Below are positions 25,873 to 35,415 of a stretch of DNA of 64,000 nucleotides, piece after piece. The position numbers were made by a program, and so were the translations under genes. Within the stretch, counting starts at the first letter, position 1; each line of letters starts with the position of its first letter. The notes beneath the pieces are model-generated. The model searched no databases. It saw nothing but the letters and a program-made list of their open reading frames with translations, and was not told the DNA's origin. This stretch comes from a virus (taxonomy: Duplodnaviria; Heunggongvirae; Uroviricota; Caudoviricetes): positions 205,741-269,740 of the IMG/VR virus record IMGVR_UViG_3300017565_000001; one strand, 5' to 3'.

Positions 25873-26618
25873 TGTCGTACATTGATTGTTTTGATCACTC
25901 GGACGTGGGCTCGTTCCTGGGCCTACGGCTTTATCACCCCCTTGAAATGTTGGACGACGAAGCGTGGCTCGCCGACCAAACTTGCTTGGTGCTGGGTGGT
26001 GGTGGCATTTATGGTAGTGGTGAACATCCGTCAATCGTGTTCAAAAGCCTGGACGAAGTCGTTTACTGGTACCTGGATTTTCTGGTTGACAACAAGCTAC
26101 TGGGTGATATCGATATGGATGACCCCGAGTACAAGACTTTGGAAGCGTTGCAGGATCTCATCCCAACTTTTACGGATAGAGAGTTCCCAGAATGTCAGAT
26201 CCATCACGCCTTATGTATGGGCCATATTGTTGAACTGGCCAAAGAAATTGACAAGGTGTTCGTATTTGACAATCCAGAGGGAAACAATTATCTGGAACCC
26301 AGATATGAACGAAAGCTCGCCATTCTGATGGGTGAGGTTGTATATCACTTGGGTCGCAGATTGTTGACAGCGCCTTTCCTGCAGGCTTTGGATAGGTTTG
26401 AACAGACTATTAGGCACAAGCGGCCATTCATGCGGCGACATTTTGACGTTTTGCAGCCAGCAATCTTGGGCTGGTCCTGTAGTGGACGCATCACGTACAC
26501 GGATGTCAATGGCAGAAAGAACGTCCATCATGGCGTGAGTTTCATAGACGAGGAAGCTATAATCAATATGGCACAAGACTTTCATATTAAGAGGGATAGT
26601 GATGTTAGAAAGGATTAA
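25872..26618 (+). CDS. hypothetical protein
   Basis: TAATG coupling, 248 aa. Confidence 0.8.
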   Translation: MSYIDCFDHSDVGSFLGLRLYHPLEMLDDEAWLADQTCLVLGGGGIYGSGEHPSIVFKSLDEVVYWYLDFLVDNKLLGDIDMDDPEYKTLEALQDLIPTFTDREFPECQIHHALCMGHIVELAKEIDKVFVFDNPEGNNYLEPRYERKLAILMGEVVYHLGRRLLTAPFLQALDRFEQTIRHKRPFMRRHFDVLQPAILGWSCSGRITYTDVNGRKNVHHGVSFIDEEAIINMAQDFHIKRDSDVRKD

Positions 26619-26813
26619 GAGGCCTGGTCGTCAACCAACCAGGTATGAACAACTGGAATTGATTCGCCATATTCCCAAGAGGGCTCCAGATGAGCGAATC
26701 ACAGTGCATCACATCACCGAACATGGCGTCAATACCCTACAACTTGAAATAGTTAGAAATTCCCCAACTTTGGGTCTTGCTTTTGAAAGAATCTTTCTGT
26801 AAACTGTTTTCTG

Positions 26814-26986
26814 TGGTTAGATACAGCAATGTACTCTGAAAATCCGACAAGTGGCGCAAGCCCAGAAGCATTTGAGTCGGTCGCTTGAATGCTTCTTTGA
26901 GGGTTCGACTCCCTCCACTGCTAAGGGTAAAACCTCTGTAGTGTGGTGAAATTGGTAGACACATCGGACTTAGACTCAACTAACCA
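26814..26986 (+). ncRNA. permuted tRNA-Leu-like CAGCAA RNA
   Basis: TGGTTAG/CTAACCA stem, ATACAGCAA, TCCGA..TCGGA stem, long variable arm, GAGGG-TTCGACT-CCCTC, looped acceptor, GGTGAAATTGGTAGACAC D-arm; promoter TTGCTT-17-TAAACT. Confidence 0.8.
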
Positions 26987-27076
26987 GTTTGTTCTCCTTA
27001 TTGGGCTCTGTTTGAAAGAGCAGAGCCCAATTCATAATGTGTTTTGGTATCAGATCACATTATGAATTGCAGTTTT

Positions 27077-27197
27077 GGGTTCGTTACAGCAAACAAACTA
27101 TCCTACTGGAATCAGCTTACCGTGGGTTCGAATCCCACCTGGAGTTTACACTCCAGTAGCCAAGTTGGTAAGGCAGCTGACGGAAAAACACGAACCC
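27077..27197 (+). ncRNA. permuted tRNA-like CAGCAA RNA
   Basis: GGGTTCGT/ACGAACCC stem, TACAGCAA, GTGGG-TTCGAAT-CCCAC, CTGGAGT-TTAC-ACTCCAG acceptor, GCCAAGTTGGTAAGGC D-arm. Confidence 0.85.
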
Positions 27198-27206
27198 GTT
27201 AATTTT

Positions 27207-27338
27207 TGGATCATTACAGCAACATACGATACCTCAAGCTCCGGACACGGGTTCGATTCCCGTAGACCATTAATTTGGTTTTCGTCTAGCGGCAGGATAG
27301 GAGCCTCGCATCGGTGGTAAGGCCCACCGGATGATCCA
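27207..27338 (+). ncRNA. permuted tRNA-Glu-like CAGCAA RNA
   Basis: TGGATCAT/ATGATCCA stem, TACAGCAA, CTCAA-GCTCC..GGAGC, ACGGG-TTCGATT-CCCGT, TCGTCTAGCGGCAGGA D-arm. Confidence 0.85.
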
Positions 27339-27346
27339 GTCATAAG

Positions 27347-27374
27347 TGAAAGCCAGGATTGCTCCTGGCTTTCA
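27347..27374 (+). terminator. terminator closing the permuted-RNA array
   Basis: TGAAAGCCAGGA-TTGC-TCCTGGCTTTCA. Confidence 0.65.
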
Positions 27375-27500
27375 TGCTTTCTGGCTTTCACAAACCAGAT
27401 TCGTCACACAAGATTGTAAAAGTCGTGCCAAATGCTTTGGCACCTCGACATCTTTGCCATTTCTTATCGTATAATTGTGTTCCTTAGTAGCGAACACAGG

Positions 27501-28124
27501 ATGTACGGAAACATGAATGAATTGGTAAAGCGCTTCACTGAAAAATACGGCAACATCGTTGGTGAGGCAACCAATGGTAGCGATGTGGCACCCATCGGCT
27601 TTATCGAAGCAAGCCAAACCTATATTGTGTTTTACCCAGACGCAATGGATCGGCAGGAATATTCCAGGGGTGGCCAAGTCAAATATCGCCCTGGGTATCA
27701 GGGGCCTGCCCTTACCTTCCAATCTCAGGAAGAAATCGACGAAGAAGAGGATGCGATCGATCGCATCCTGCGGGCAAGCCAAACTCTCCGTAAACGGAAG
27801 GGCAGGGAGGTTAAGGCTGCCAACACTCGCGATGTCAAGGAAGCAGTGTGGGACCGCCAAAAGGAATACCGGAATATCGAAATCCCTGATTTCCTGGAAG
27901 AGTTCATCACCAGAGCTGAACTGGCATTTCAAGAAATCATGAGCGCTGTTCAGGGCGACTTCCGAGTCTTTGATACGGCCCAGGCAGCTTTCAACGGCAT
28001 TCTGGACTGTGGCTTCTTCCTGAATGTGGTGTCGGATTTCACAGAAGACGACGTTCGCCAACTGCGCGATCTCCCGGAGAAGTATCATCTGTATCTGGGG
28101 GCAGACTACGTGGGACCTCAATGA
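27501..28124 (+). CDS. hypothetical protein
   Basis: 207-aa ORF. Confidence 0.75.
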   Translation: MYGNMNELVKRFTEKYGNIVGEATNGSDVAPIGFIEASQTYIVFYPDAMDRQEYSRGGQVKYRPGYQGPALTFQSQEEIDEEEDAIDRILRASQTLRKRKGREVKAANTRDVKEAVWDRQKEYRNIEIPDFLEEFITRAELAFQEIMSAVQGDFRVFDTAQAAFNGILDCGFFLNVVSDFTEDDVRQLRDLPEKYHLYLGADYVGPQ

Positions 28125-28501
28125 GCAAAACAGTGGACAGTGGAATCATAGAGAGTATCAAGCACTACGTGATGCACGGCCTTCACCCAGGATCATGTGG
28201 CAGAGCCATCATTCTGGGTGACTACGAATTGGCTAAAGGAACGGCTCATGCTTTGATCCGAAGAATGATGCAATCTTACCCAGAGGATGATCTGATTCAG
28301 AATATGATTGACTGGGTGAATAACACCTTGCCAGAGTTCATGCGATCCTCAGAAGAGAACTTCATCAACTGGGTGGATCATGCTGGTCTTGATGGAGCAG
28401 GAGATGAGATCAGAATGTTCATAAAGTTGAATCCTATCAGGAATATGGATAAGTGGGACTTGAGGTCTGTATGGGTGGAGGAAGGGAAGAAAGTAGTATA
28501 G
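28121..28501 (+). CDS. hypothetical protein
   Basis: ATGA coupling; HYV.HGL.PGS motif. Confidence 0.75.
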   Translation: MSKTVDSGIIESIKHYVMHGLHPGSCGRAIILGDYELAKGTAHALIRRMMQSYPEDDLIQNMIDWVNNTLPEFMRSSEENFINWVDHAGLDGAGDEIRMFIKLNPIRNMDKWDLRSVWVEEGKKVV

Positions 28502-28683
28502 ACATGTTTCACGAATATGTCGTAGATGCTATCACGAACCTTCTGTATGTCGTAGAACTCCAGGTAAGAATATCACAGATTCATGACGAGATTTGGTAAT
28601 CACTCATTGATGATGTGTCAATCTCCAGGTAGACTTCTGCAAACTCAAGCAATGGCAGCTTCAAAACAATAACAGGTTGAATA

Positions 28684-29298
28684 ATGGCAATTGGTTTCAA
28701 TGTAATTCGTTTGGCATCTGGTGGTTGGTTCAACTTTGATGAGCCCGAAAACAACAGGGTTCAGATCCAGGATGTGGCCCATGGTCTGGCGTTTATCTGC
28801 CGATATGGCGCGCAATGTCCTCGTTTCTATTCAGTAGCCAGCCACTCTGTCCTCGTCAGCCAAATTCTGTACCACATGGGTGAATCCATTCATGTACAAT
28901 ACGAAGGATTGATGCATGACTCCAGTGAAGCGTTCATGGGCGATATGGTGACCCCGCTGAAGCGGCTCTGTCCCGAATATGCTGGTATTGAAGGACGAGT
29001 GCTTGCCAACTTGGCTGAGACTTTCGGCTTCAACCATGAGTTTCACTCCAGCATGGACCAGGCTGACAAGACTGCTCTGGCTATGGAGAAATGGACGTTC
29101 TGGCCCGATTCTGAACCATGGGAAATTCTGATCAAATACGGTCTGGAAACTAGGGATGGTGGTCGAAACCAAAAGTGGGCGGCTTTGATGGAAGACCCAA
29201 GCATCAAGCGAGCATTGGTGACTGGTAGCTACGATGAGGCCAGCTATTTTCTGGATCATTACAACAAACTTCGCAAAGAGATTGATAATGGAAATTGA
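28684..29298 (+). CDS. HD-domain phosphohydrolase (YfdR/YfbR-like)
   Basis: DVAHGLA..CRY..YSVASHS..LMHDSSEAFMGDM. Confidence 0.88.
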   Translation: MAIGFNVIRLASGGWFNFDEPENNRVQIQDVAHGLAFICRYGAQCPRFYSVASHSVLVSQILYHMGESIHVQYEGLMHDSSEAFMGDMVTPLKRLCPEYAGIEGRVLANLAETFGFNHEFHSSMDQADKTALAMEKWTFWPDSEPWEILIKYGLETRDGGRNQKWAALMEDPSIKRALVTGSYDEASYFLDHYNKLRKEIDNGN

Positions 29299-29692
29299 AT
29301 CAAAACAAGTCATCGTGGTCCGTAAGGATCTGGGGATGCGCAAAGGCAAGATGATTGCGCAAGGAGCTCACGCCAGCATGGCGGCTGTAATCAACCAAGG
29401 CCACATCACCGAAGGGCAAGATCCCAATACCCATTATCTGGTCATCCCCATGGATCCAGAAATGCATGTGTGGATCAACGGTCGCTTCAAGAAGATTGCC
29501 GTATCGGTAAACAGCGAAGCAGAATTGCTGGCAATTCACCAGAAGGCCCTGGACGCTGGCCTTTACAGTGCCCTGATACAAGACGCAGGTCTGACGGAGT
29601 TTGGGGGCCAGGCGACCTATACGGCGGTGGCAGTCGGTCCCAATAGGGCTGATAAAGTCGACGCGATCACCGGCTCTCTGCCACTGCTCTGA
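29288..29692 (+). CDS. pth2: peptidyl-tRNA hydrolase, Pth2 type
   Basis: KQVIVVRKDL.M.KGK.IAQGAHA..DAGLTEF..T..AVGP..VD.ITG.LPLL. Confidence 0.92.
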   Translation: MEIESKQVIVVRKDLGMRKGKMIAQGAHASMAAVINQGHITEGQDPNTHYLVIPMDPEMHVWINGRFKKIAVSVNSEAELLAIHQKALDAGLYSALIQDAGLTEFGGQATYTAVAVGPNRADKVDAITGSLPLL

Positions 29693-29696
29693 TCAC

Positions 29697-30080
29697 ATGT
29701 TCGGCCGCTTCAAGCTGAATAGAAAGCGACGGCTTGCCCGTCGTATAGCTATCTGGCTTCTTGCTGACCACAAACTGGAGAAGCATTCTTCTCAGCTAAC
29801 AGCTTGGCATTTTCTTCATGAGAATGCGGACTTGTTGTGGACGAGTTTCTCTTCTGGGCGTCTATGGTTGCGGCGAATCAAACACAACAAAGATTTGAGT
29901 GCATCTGATCTGTTGATGAACAACATAAATCTCTGTCATATTCGTGACGGCTTACTATTCAACGACTGTGTTGAATCATCATCTTTTAGTTGGCGCATTC
30001 TGTTCCTTAGGGTGTATATAGGCTTTTTGATTTTCTTTATCTGCGCCCAAATAGCCAATATGATCTTCAACTTCATCTAG
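29697..30080 (+). CDS. hypothetical membrane-anchored protein
   Basis: C-terminal TM helix. Confidence 0.55.
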   Translation: MFGRFKLNRKRRLARRIAIWLLADHKLEKHSSQLTAWHFLHENADLLWTSFSSGRLWLRRIKHNKDLSASDLLMNNINLCHIRDGLLFNDCVESSSFSWRILFLRVYIGFLIFFICAQIANMIFNFI

Positions 30081-30159
30081 GTCAGGTGAATTAAACAACA
30101 CATTTACGAAACCCTGTTCGGCGATAAATACCATTGCTTTAGCTTTGGAGGACACGAAC

Positions 30160-30765
30160 ATGGCTACTCTAGTAGGGCGCTCGCCCAAAGACACGCTGGC
30201 AGAACTGCTCACATACAATAACGCAGCTGGCATCGGGTCAACACTCAACGCAATTGGTGATGGCGTAGGAAACGTCTCTCCATTGCAGCTTTCCACGACC
30301 CAAGTATCAATCAACAACCTGGTGTGGCCCACGACAGGCGCAAACCAAAACCGAGTTCTGGCTATTGGTGCATCCAATCAGCTGGAATGGCGTGATGGTT
30401 ATGTGACCACTACTGGTACCACCTTTACAGGTAATGTGAAGTTCTATACCACGACTGAGACTGTTGTGGCAATTCCTGGTACGACTGGCACTCGCACTAT
30501 TCCAGTCATGACTGGTACATACTTCACCGCAACTATCAGCGGTGCCACCACATTTGCATTCAGTGGCACACCAACTTCTGGTGATGCATACAGCATCACG
30601 ATCGAGATCACCAATGGTGGCTCGGCAAACCTGAACTGGCCCGCCTCAGTTGTGTGGCCAGCCGCCACGGCTCCAGTTTTGAGCACAAGCGGCGTTGACT
30701 ATGTGGTTCTGATCACCCGTAATGGTGGTACAACCTGGTATGGTCGTTCGAGCCTGGGTACTTGA
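30160..30765 (+). CDS. tail fiber-associated structural protein
   Basis: Thr/Gly-rich, ITNGG...WPA...P.L..SGVD...T..GGTTWYG C-terminal domain; TAAATA promoter. Confidence 0.7.
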   Translation: MATLVGRSPKDTLAELLTYNNAAGIGSTLNAIGDGVGNVSPLQLSTTQVSINNLVWPTTGANQNRVLAIGASNQLEWRDGYVTTTGTTFTGNVKFYTTTETVVAIPGTTGTRTIPVMTGTYFTATISGATTFAFSGTPTSGDAYSITIEITNGGSANLNWPASVVWPAATAPVLSTSGVDYVVLITRNGGTTWYGRSSLGT

Positions 30766-30790
30766 TTAAATAGTAGAACAGGAGATAGGA

Positions 30791-31402
30791 ATGTATATCA
30801 AACTTAATGAATCAGGACTTCCAACCGGTGACGTCGTGTCAATCGACGGTATCCGTATGGCAAATCCTTCGACCTCGGTCCCATCAAACCCAACTGACGA
30901 ACATTTGGTAGAATTGGGCTATGGGCGTTTCAAATACGTGGAATACCCAGCAGTTGACGAATTCACAGTCGTCACCGTTGGTGATTACGAACAAGATCAA
31001 GATGGTGTGTGGTTTCAGGACTACGTGCAGAACGACATTTCTCTGGAGACCGCTAAGGCTATCCTGAAGAAGCGCGTTGGTGAACGTCGTTGGGCTGTCG
31101 AAAGCGGTGGTATCACTGTTGGTGGCATTCTGGTTGACACTACCATCGAAGCACAAAACCGTATCAGCAGTGTTGTCCTTAACGGCACTCGTGTTGGTAT
31201 GGAAAGCATCAACTTCAAGTCACCAGATGGTGCATTCAATACCATCACTATGACACAAATGACAGCTATTGCCGACGCTATCGCTGCTCATGTGCAGAAT
31301 TGCTTCACCGCCGAAGCAACTCACTGCGCTGAAGTTGAAGCTCTGACTAGCTTGGCTGAAGTTCGCGAATATATGACTGGTGGCCTGCTGGCAAACTGGT
31401 AA
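30791..31402 (+). CDS. tail fiber assembly-like protein (DUF4376-type)
   Basis: RW..ESGGITV.G..VDT...Q..I..AI..HVQ.CF.AE. Confidence 0.7.
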   Translation: MYIKLNESGLPTGDVVSIDGIRMANPSTSVPSNPTDEHLVELGYGRFKYVEYPAVDEFTVVTVGDYEQDQDGVWFQDYVQNDISLETAKAILKKRVGERRWAVESGGITVGGILVDTTIEAQNRISSVVLNGTRVGMESINFKSPDGAFNTITMTQMTAIADAIAAHVQNCFTAEATHCAEVEALTSLAEVREYMTGGLLANW

Positions 31403-31535
31403 TATATTTCACTTAATGATGGGGAGCAATTGCTCCCCATCATTTTGAATGGTGAACATGAATAAGTGTTTGACGTTTTGAAATGGCGCAATCTATACTG
31501 GTGCCAATTAGCAATTGTCAACACGGACAAAGATC

Positions 31536-32093
31536 ATGAAGATTTCATATCGTATCGGGAACCTGCTCAATCATCCCGACAAATTTATCGCACAAGGATG
31601 CAACGCCCAGGGCCAGATGGGCTCTGGAGTAGCCGCAGCAATCAGGGGTCGATATCCTAAGGCATATGATGTGTATGCCGCCCACCATGAACGTTTTGGG
31701 TTGATCCTGGGCAACGTCATTGTCGCAGACTGTGTCCCCCACACGATACTGAACTGTATCACTCAAGAATTCTTTGGACGTGATGGCGGCCTTTATGTGA
31801 GCTACGACGCAATCGAGCGAGCAATTCAAACGGTCGATGAACTGATGCGTGTGGAGCGCAGCAAAATCTACACCAGCTGTGACATGCAGGGCGACCCCAG
31901 CCTGATCCCCAGGGTTGGTTATCCTCTCATTGGTGGCGATCTGGGTGGTGGTGATTGGGCCGTGATCAGCAAGATCATCGAAGACTTTTCGGATCACCAT
32001 CAACCAATAGTGTACTTGCTGGACCGAAAAGTCATTCAGGACAAGAATATCCCCGTCGAACAAGTTGACGAAACCTATCAGGAAAAGGCTTGA
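31536..32093 (+). CDS. macrodomain (ADP-ribose processing) protein
   Basis: GCNAQGQMGSGVA.AI..P.IGGDLGGGDW. Confidence 0.88.
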   Translation: MKISYRIGNLLNHPDKFIAQGCNAQGQMGSGVAAAIRGRYPKAYDVYAAHHERFGLILGNVIVADCVPHTILNCITQEFFGRDGGLYVSYDAIERAIQTVDELMRVERSKIYTSCDMQGDPSLIPRVGYPLIGGDLGGGDWAVISKIIEDFSDHHQPIVYLLDRKVIQDKNIPVEQVDETYQEKA

Positions 32094-32151
32094 CAAATGG
32101 CAAACCTAGCATAATACTGAAGATAACCCGGCGAACTATTACCAAGCCGGA

Positions 32152-32241
32152 TGGATCAAGACAGCAAAGTTATTTGGCACTTTCCAGCTACAGGCTGGAA
32201 AACAACAAAGATTGCCTAATCTCAAAATAGGCATTGATCCA
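32152..32241 (+). ncRNA. CAGCAA-stem RNA immediately upstream of DUF2828 gene
   Basis: TGGATCAA/TTGATCCA stem, GACAGCAA, two internal hairpins. Confidence 0.7.
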
Positions 32242-32365
32242 GAACGACAAACACACTTATACTATAGATTGAATATTTGAAATGAACTTGGGTGTGTAGA
32301 CCGTTTGTGGCTCATATTAGAGAATAGCCACAAACAACCACCCGTTAACCAAGGAGTAACACACG

Positions 32366-33781
32366 ATGTCCACTTTCGCTCAAGCAGTTGCCGCTCAAAC
32401 CACGACCACCACCAACGGTGCCAAGGCTTACACCTCCACCCTGAGTGCGGCGGTTGATCTGTTCTTCAAGATCGGCGCCAGCCGTGGCAAGAACATCATC
32501 TCGGATTTCACCGCCGCTTATGTGGAGAATCCGGATGTCGCTCTGCGTATCGCGCAATGGGCTCGTGACGTGCGTGGTGGCTCGGGAGAACGCCAAATCT
32601 TCCGTGACATCCTGCAACACCTGGAGAACTCGGCTCCGGCCGACGCCCAGCGTCTGATCAACAACATTCCGGAGATCGGACGCTGGGATGACCTCCTGGT
32701 CCTGACCAACCCCCTGCTGAAGCAACATGCTTTCGGCCTGATCAAGGTTGCGCTGGAAGCCGGCAACGGCCTCTGCGCAAAGTGGATGCCGCGCAAGGGT
32801 AAGGTCGCCGAAGAACTTCGCGCGTTCCTGGGCTATTCGCCCAAGCGTTACCGCAAGACTCTGGTGACGCTGACCCAAGTGGTCGAAACGCAGATGTGCG
32901 CCCAGCAATGGGATGAAATCGAATTCGGTAAGGTGCCCTCGGTCGCCGCTGCTCGTTACAAGAAGGCGTTCAACCGTAACGCGCCGGAAACTTTCGCCGC
33001 TTACGCGGACGCGCTGAGCAAGGGTGAAGCCAAGGTCAACGCTGGTGCGGTGTTCCCGTACGATGTGCTGAAGGGCGCATTCTCGCAGTATGGCCGTAAC
33101 TCCATGCCTCTGCCGGAACGTCAACACGCTATCGCCCAGTGGGCCGCTCTGGAAAACTTCGTGGGCGATGCATCGGTTCTGCCGATGGTCGACGTGTCGG
33201 GTTCCATGTACTGCCCGGCCGGTGGTCACAACTCCAAGTCGAACGTGACTTGTATGCAGGTCGCCGTTTCGCTTGGTCTGTATCTGGCGGAAAAGAACAC
33301 GGGCGCGTTCAAGGACACGTTCCTGACGTTTACCGATCAGCCCAAGCTGTACAACCTGAAGGGTGACGTCTTCCAGAAGATGGATCAGATGACCGGTAAG
33401 GTTGGCTACAGCACCAACATCCAAGCCGCTTTCCGTGAAGTTCTGCGTGTGGCGGTGGAAGGTAAGGTTGCTCAAGCTGACATGCCGGCAAACATCGTGA
33501 TCCTGAGCGATATGCAGTTCGACCAGGTGTCGCGTGACGACGCTACGGCGTTCGACATGATTCGCGAAGAGTACAAGGCCGCCGGCTACGACGCTCCGCG
33601 TATTGTGTTCTGGAACCTGAACGCGCATGGCAACGTTCCGACCCGCTTCAACCAGTCGGGTGTTGCACTGGTTTCGGGCTTCTCGCCCGCGATCGCGAAG
33701 ACCGTTCTGAAGGCCGAGAACTTCGACCCGATGAACATCATGCTGCAAGCTGTGATGGTTGACCGCTACACGCTGGCGTAA
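32366..33781 (+). CDS. DUF2828 family TROVE/Ro60-like RNA-binding protein with vWA domain
   Basis: TNG..ST..VDLFF..GASRG, RDVRGG.GER, GRWDDL, AKWMPR, YRK, VPS.A, vWA MIDAS DVSGSM, ILSDMQFD, FWNL, VSGFSP; strongly biased codons. Confidence 0.85.
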   Translation: MSTFAQAVAAQTTTTTNGAKAYTSTLSAAVDLFFKIGASRGKNIISDFTAAYVENPDVALRIAQWARDVRGGSGERQIFRDILQHLENSAPADAQRLINNIPEIGRWDDLLVLTNPLLKQHAFGLIKVALEAGNGLCAKWMPRKGKVAEELRAFLGYSPKRYRKTLVTLTQVVETQMCAQQWDEIEFGKVPSVAAARYKKAFNRNAPETFAAYADALSKGEAKVNAGAVFPYDVLKGAFSQYGRNSMPLPERQHAIAQWAALENFVGDASVLPMVDVSGSMYCPAGGHNSKSNVTCMQVAVSLGLYLAEKNTGAFKDTFLTFTDQPKLYNLKGDVFQKMDQMTGKVGYSTNIQAAFREVLRVAVEGKVAQADMPANIVILSDMQFDQVSRDDATAFDMIREEYKAAGYDAPRIVFWNLNAHGNVPTRFNQSGVALVSGFSPAIAKTVLKAENFDPMNIMLQAVMVDRYTLA

Positions 33782-33864
33782 GCTGGTTCCCTAGGGCGAT
33801 GGATAATCCATCGCCCTACCTTTGCCCAAAAGAATAACGTCCCAATCAATTTGAAGGTAACAAT

Positions 33865-35142
33865 ATGAATGCAGCATTTGATAGTCTGTACAAGAAAGCC
33901 GTTCTGAAGAACGTGGTGTCATGGGATGTGGCCACCAACCCGTTGTCTGACGCGCAGTCGTTGGAGGAGCAACTTGACGTTGAATACAACGATCAATTGG
34001 TGGCATTCATTGCTGCGAATCCAGATCATCCGGTGTCAAAGTTTGTTGGGCAGAATACCCTGAACAGTGACTTGATTGCTCGTAGCAGCACTATTACGAA
34101 TCGTCTCAGCAACAAGTACAAGGAGATGAAGAAGACCAGGGCTCCTGCTGACGCTGAATATTTCCGTCTCTTCCAGGATGCAATCGAGATCAGCAAGGAG
34201 GCATTGGCTTATTTGGGCCGAACCTCTGGTGATGCATTTACATTTCAGGATCCCATCCTGGGTACCAAGAAGCAAGTTTACGACTTGGTTCGTGGTATGG
34301 CTGACATCAGTAGGGAGTTCATGCAGAGTGGTCGCACGAATGTGAACGAGCAAAAGCTTACGAAAACGTTCCAGGATGGTCTCCAATACATGGATGCCAT
34401 TCAGGGTATCTCCTACAAGATCTCCGATGAAAACGGGTCGTTCATGACAGCTTTGGACAAGAACAATTCTCGGATCCACATTGCGAAGACTGACAAGAGC
34501 GATTTCGAGAAACTGTCGAGTGTCACCCACGAAGTCGGCCACGCTCTTTACCAGAATATGTTCTTGAACAAGCTACCCATCGGCCAATTGGGTGACTGTC
34601 TGTCCCTGTCATTGCATGAGAGCTCGTCCATCTTCAACGAGATTTCTCTGAGCGGCATCAATCCTGAGATCAAACTGGAACCCGCCTCCCTGTATCGCCT
34701 GGGTTCCAACAAACTGGCCTACATCATCCACATCTTCATCCGTATGGAAGTTGAACGGATGTTGTTCGAGGAGAATATGCCAGCAAGCGATATCCCGCAA
34801 GCATGGAACAAGCTGGTTGAGTCATACATCGGGTTGACTCCCAGTAACGACTGGGAAGGCTTCCTGCAGGATGTTCACTGGAATCACGGCATGTTTGGTT
34901 ACTTCCACAGCTATGCCATCGGATTCCTGAATGCCACTCTGATGTATAGTGACGTGAAAGACCAACTGACTGGTGACATGTTGCGCGACACTATGGAAGT
35001 GGTGATGCCCAAGATCGGCAAGGAATATGGTGATCGTTTTGACGAAATGTCATCTAACATCCTGTCGACCGTTCACCCTGACATCCAGGAAACTTTGACT
35101 CGTTATCGTGCATTTGTCTTTGATACCTTCTCAAACGCCTAA
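33865..35142 (+). CDS. M32 family metallocarboxypeptidase
   Basis: HEVGHALY, LHESSS, LQDVHW..G.FGYF.SY. Confidence 0.88.
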   Translation: MNAAFDSLYKKAVLKNVVSWDVATNPLSDAQSLEEQLDVEYNDQLVAFIAANPDHPVSKFVGQNTLNSDLIARSSTITNRLSNKYKEMKKTRAPADAEYFRLFQDAIEISKEALAYLGRTSGDAFTFQDPILGTKKQVYDLVRGMADISREFMQSGRTNVNEQKLTKTFQDGLQYMDAIQGISYKISDENGSFMTALDKNNSRIHIAKTDKSDFEKLSSVTHEVGHALYQNMFLNKLPIGQLGDCLSLSLHESSSIFNEISLSGINPEIKLEPASLYRLGSNKLAYIIHIFIRMEVERMLFEENMPASDIPQAWNKLVESYIGLTPSNDWEGFLQDVHWNHGMFGYFHSYAIGFLNATLMYSDVKDQLTGDMLRDTMEVVMPKIGKEYGDRFDEMSSNILSTVHPDIQETLTRYRAFVFDTFSNA

Positions 35143-35175
35143 CTAAATACCGGCGTCATTTTGAAGGAGATTTAA

Positions 35176-35415
35176 ATGGCAAAGAAGATCGATGAATCGA
35201 AGGTAGTACCAGGTTTCACTGGGCCCTTCCATCCTGTTGACGAAGGCAAGGCAGGCGGCTTCTGCGGCGTATGGTATAAGCGTGATGATGGCAAGTGGTC
35301 ACACATTTGCTCTGGTCTCGCCCCAGAAAACGCGAAGGCAATTGCTGGTGCTCTGAATAAACGCGGATTGTTTGGTGGACTCAATGAGTTTGCCAAGAGC
35401 GTAAAGCTCGTGTAA
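35176..35415 (+). CDS. hypothetical late protein
   Basis: TAAATA, AAGGAG; terminator 35433-35460. Confidence 0.75.
   Translation: MAKKIDESKVVPGFTGPFHPVDEGKAGGFCGVWYKRDDGKWSHICSGLAPENAKAIAGALNKRGLFGGLNEFAKSVKLV

Noticed and set aside
26814-27338. CRISPR array interpretation of the repeated ACAGCAA units
   Set aside because: The shared sequence is only 7-8 nt, spacing is irregular, the interiors are tRNA-like, and there are no cas genes.
28684-29298. DatZ of a Z-genome (2-aminoadenine) pathway
   Set aside because: HD and MazG-like genes are present but no PurZ in this window; a generic nucleotidase is the safer call.
32345-33748. 467-aa antisense ORF opposite DUF2828 (also similar ones opposite the M16 and 43817 genes)
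   Set aside because: Mirror ORFs caused by strong codon bias of the sense gene.
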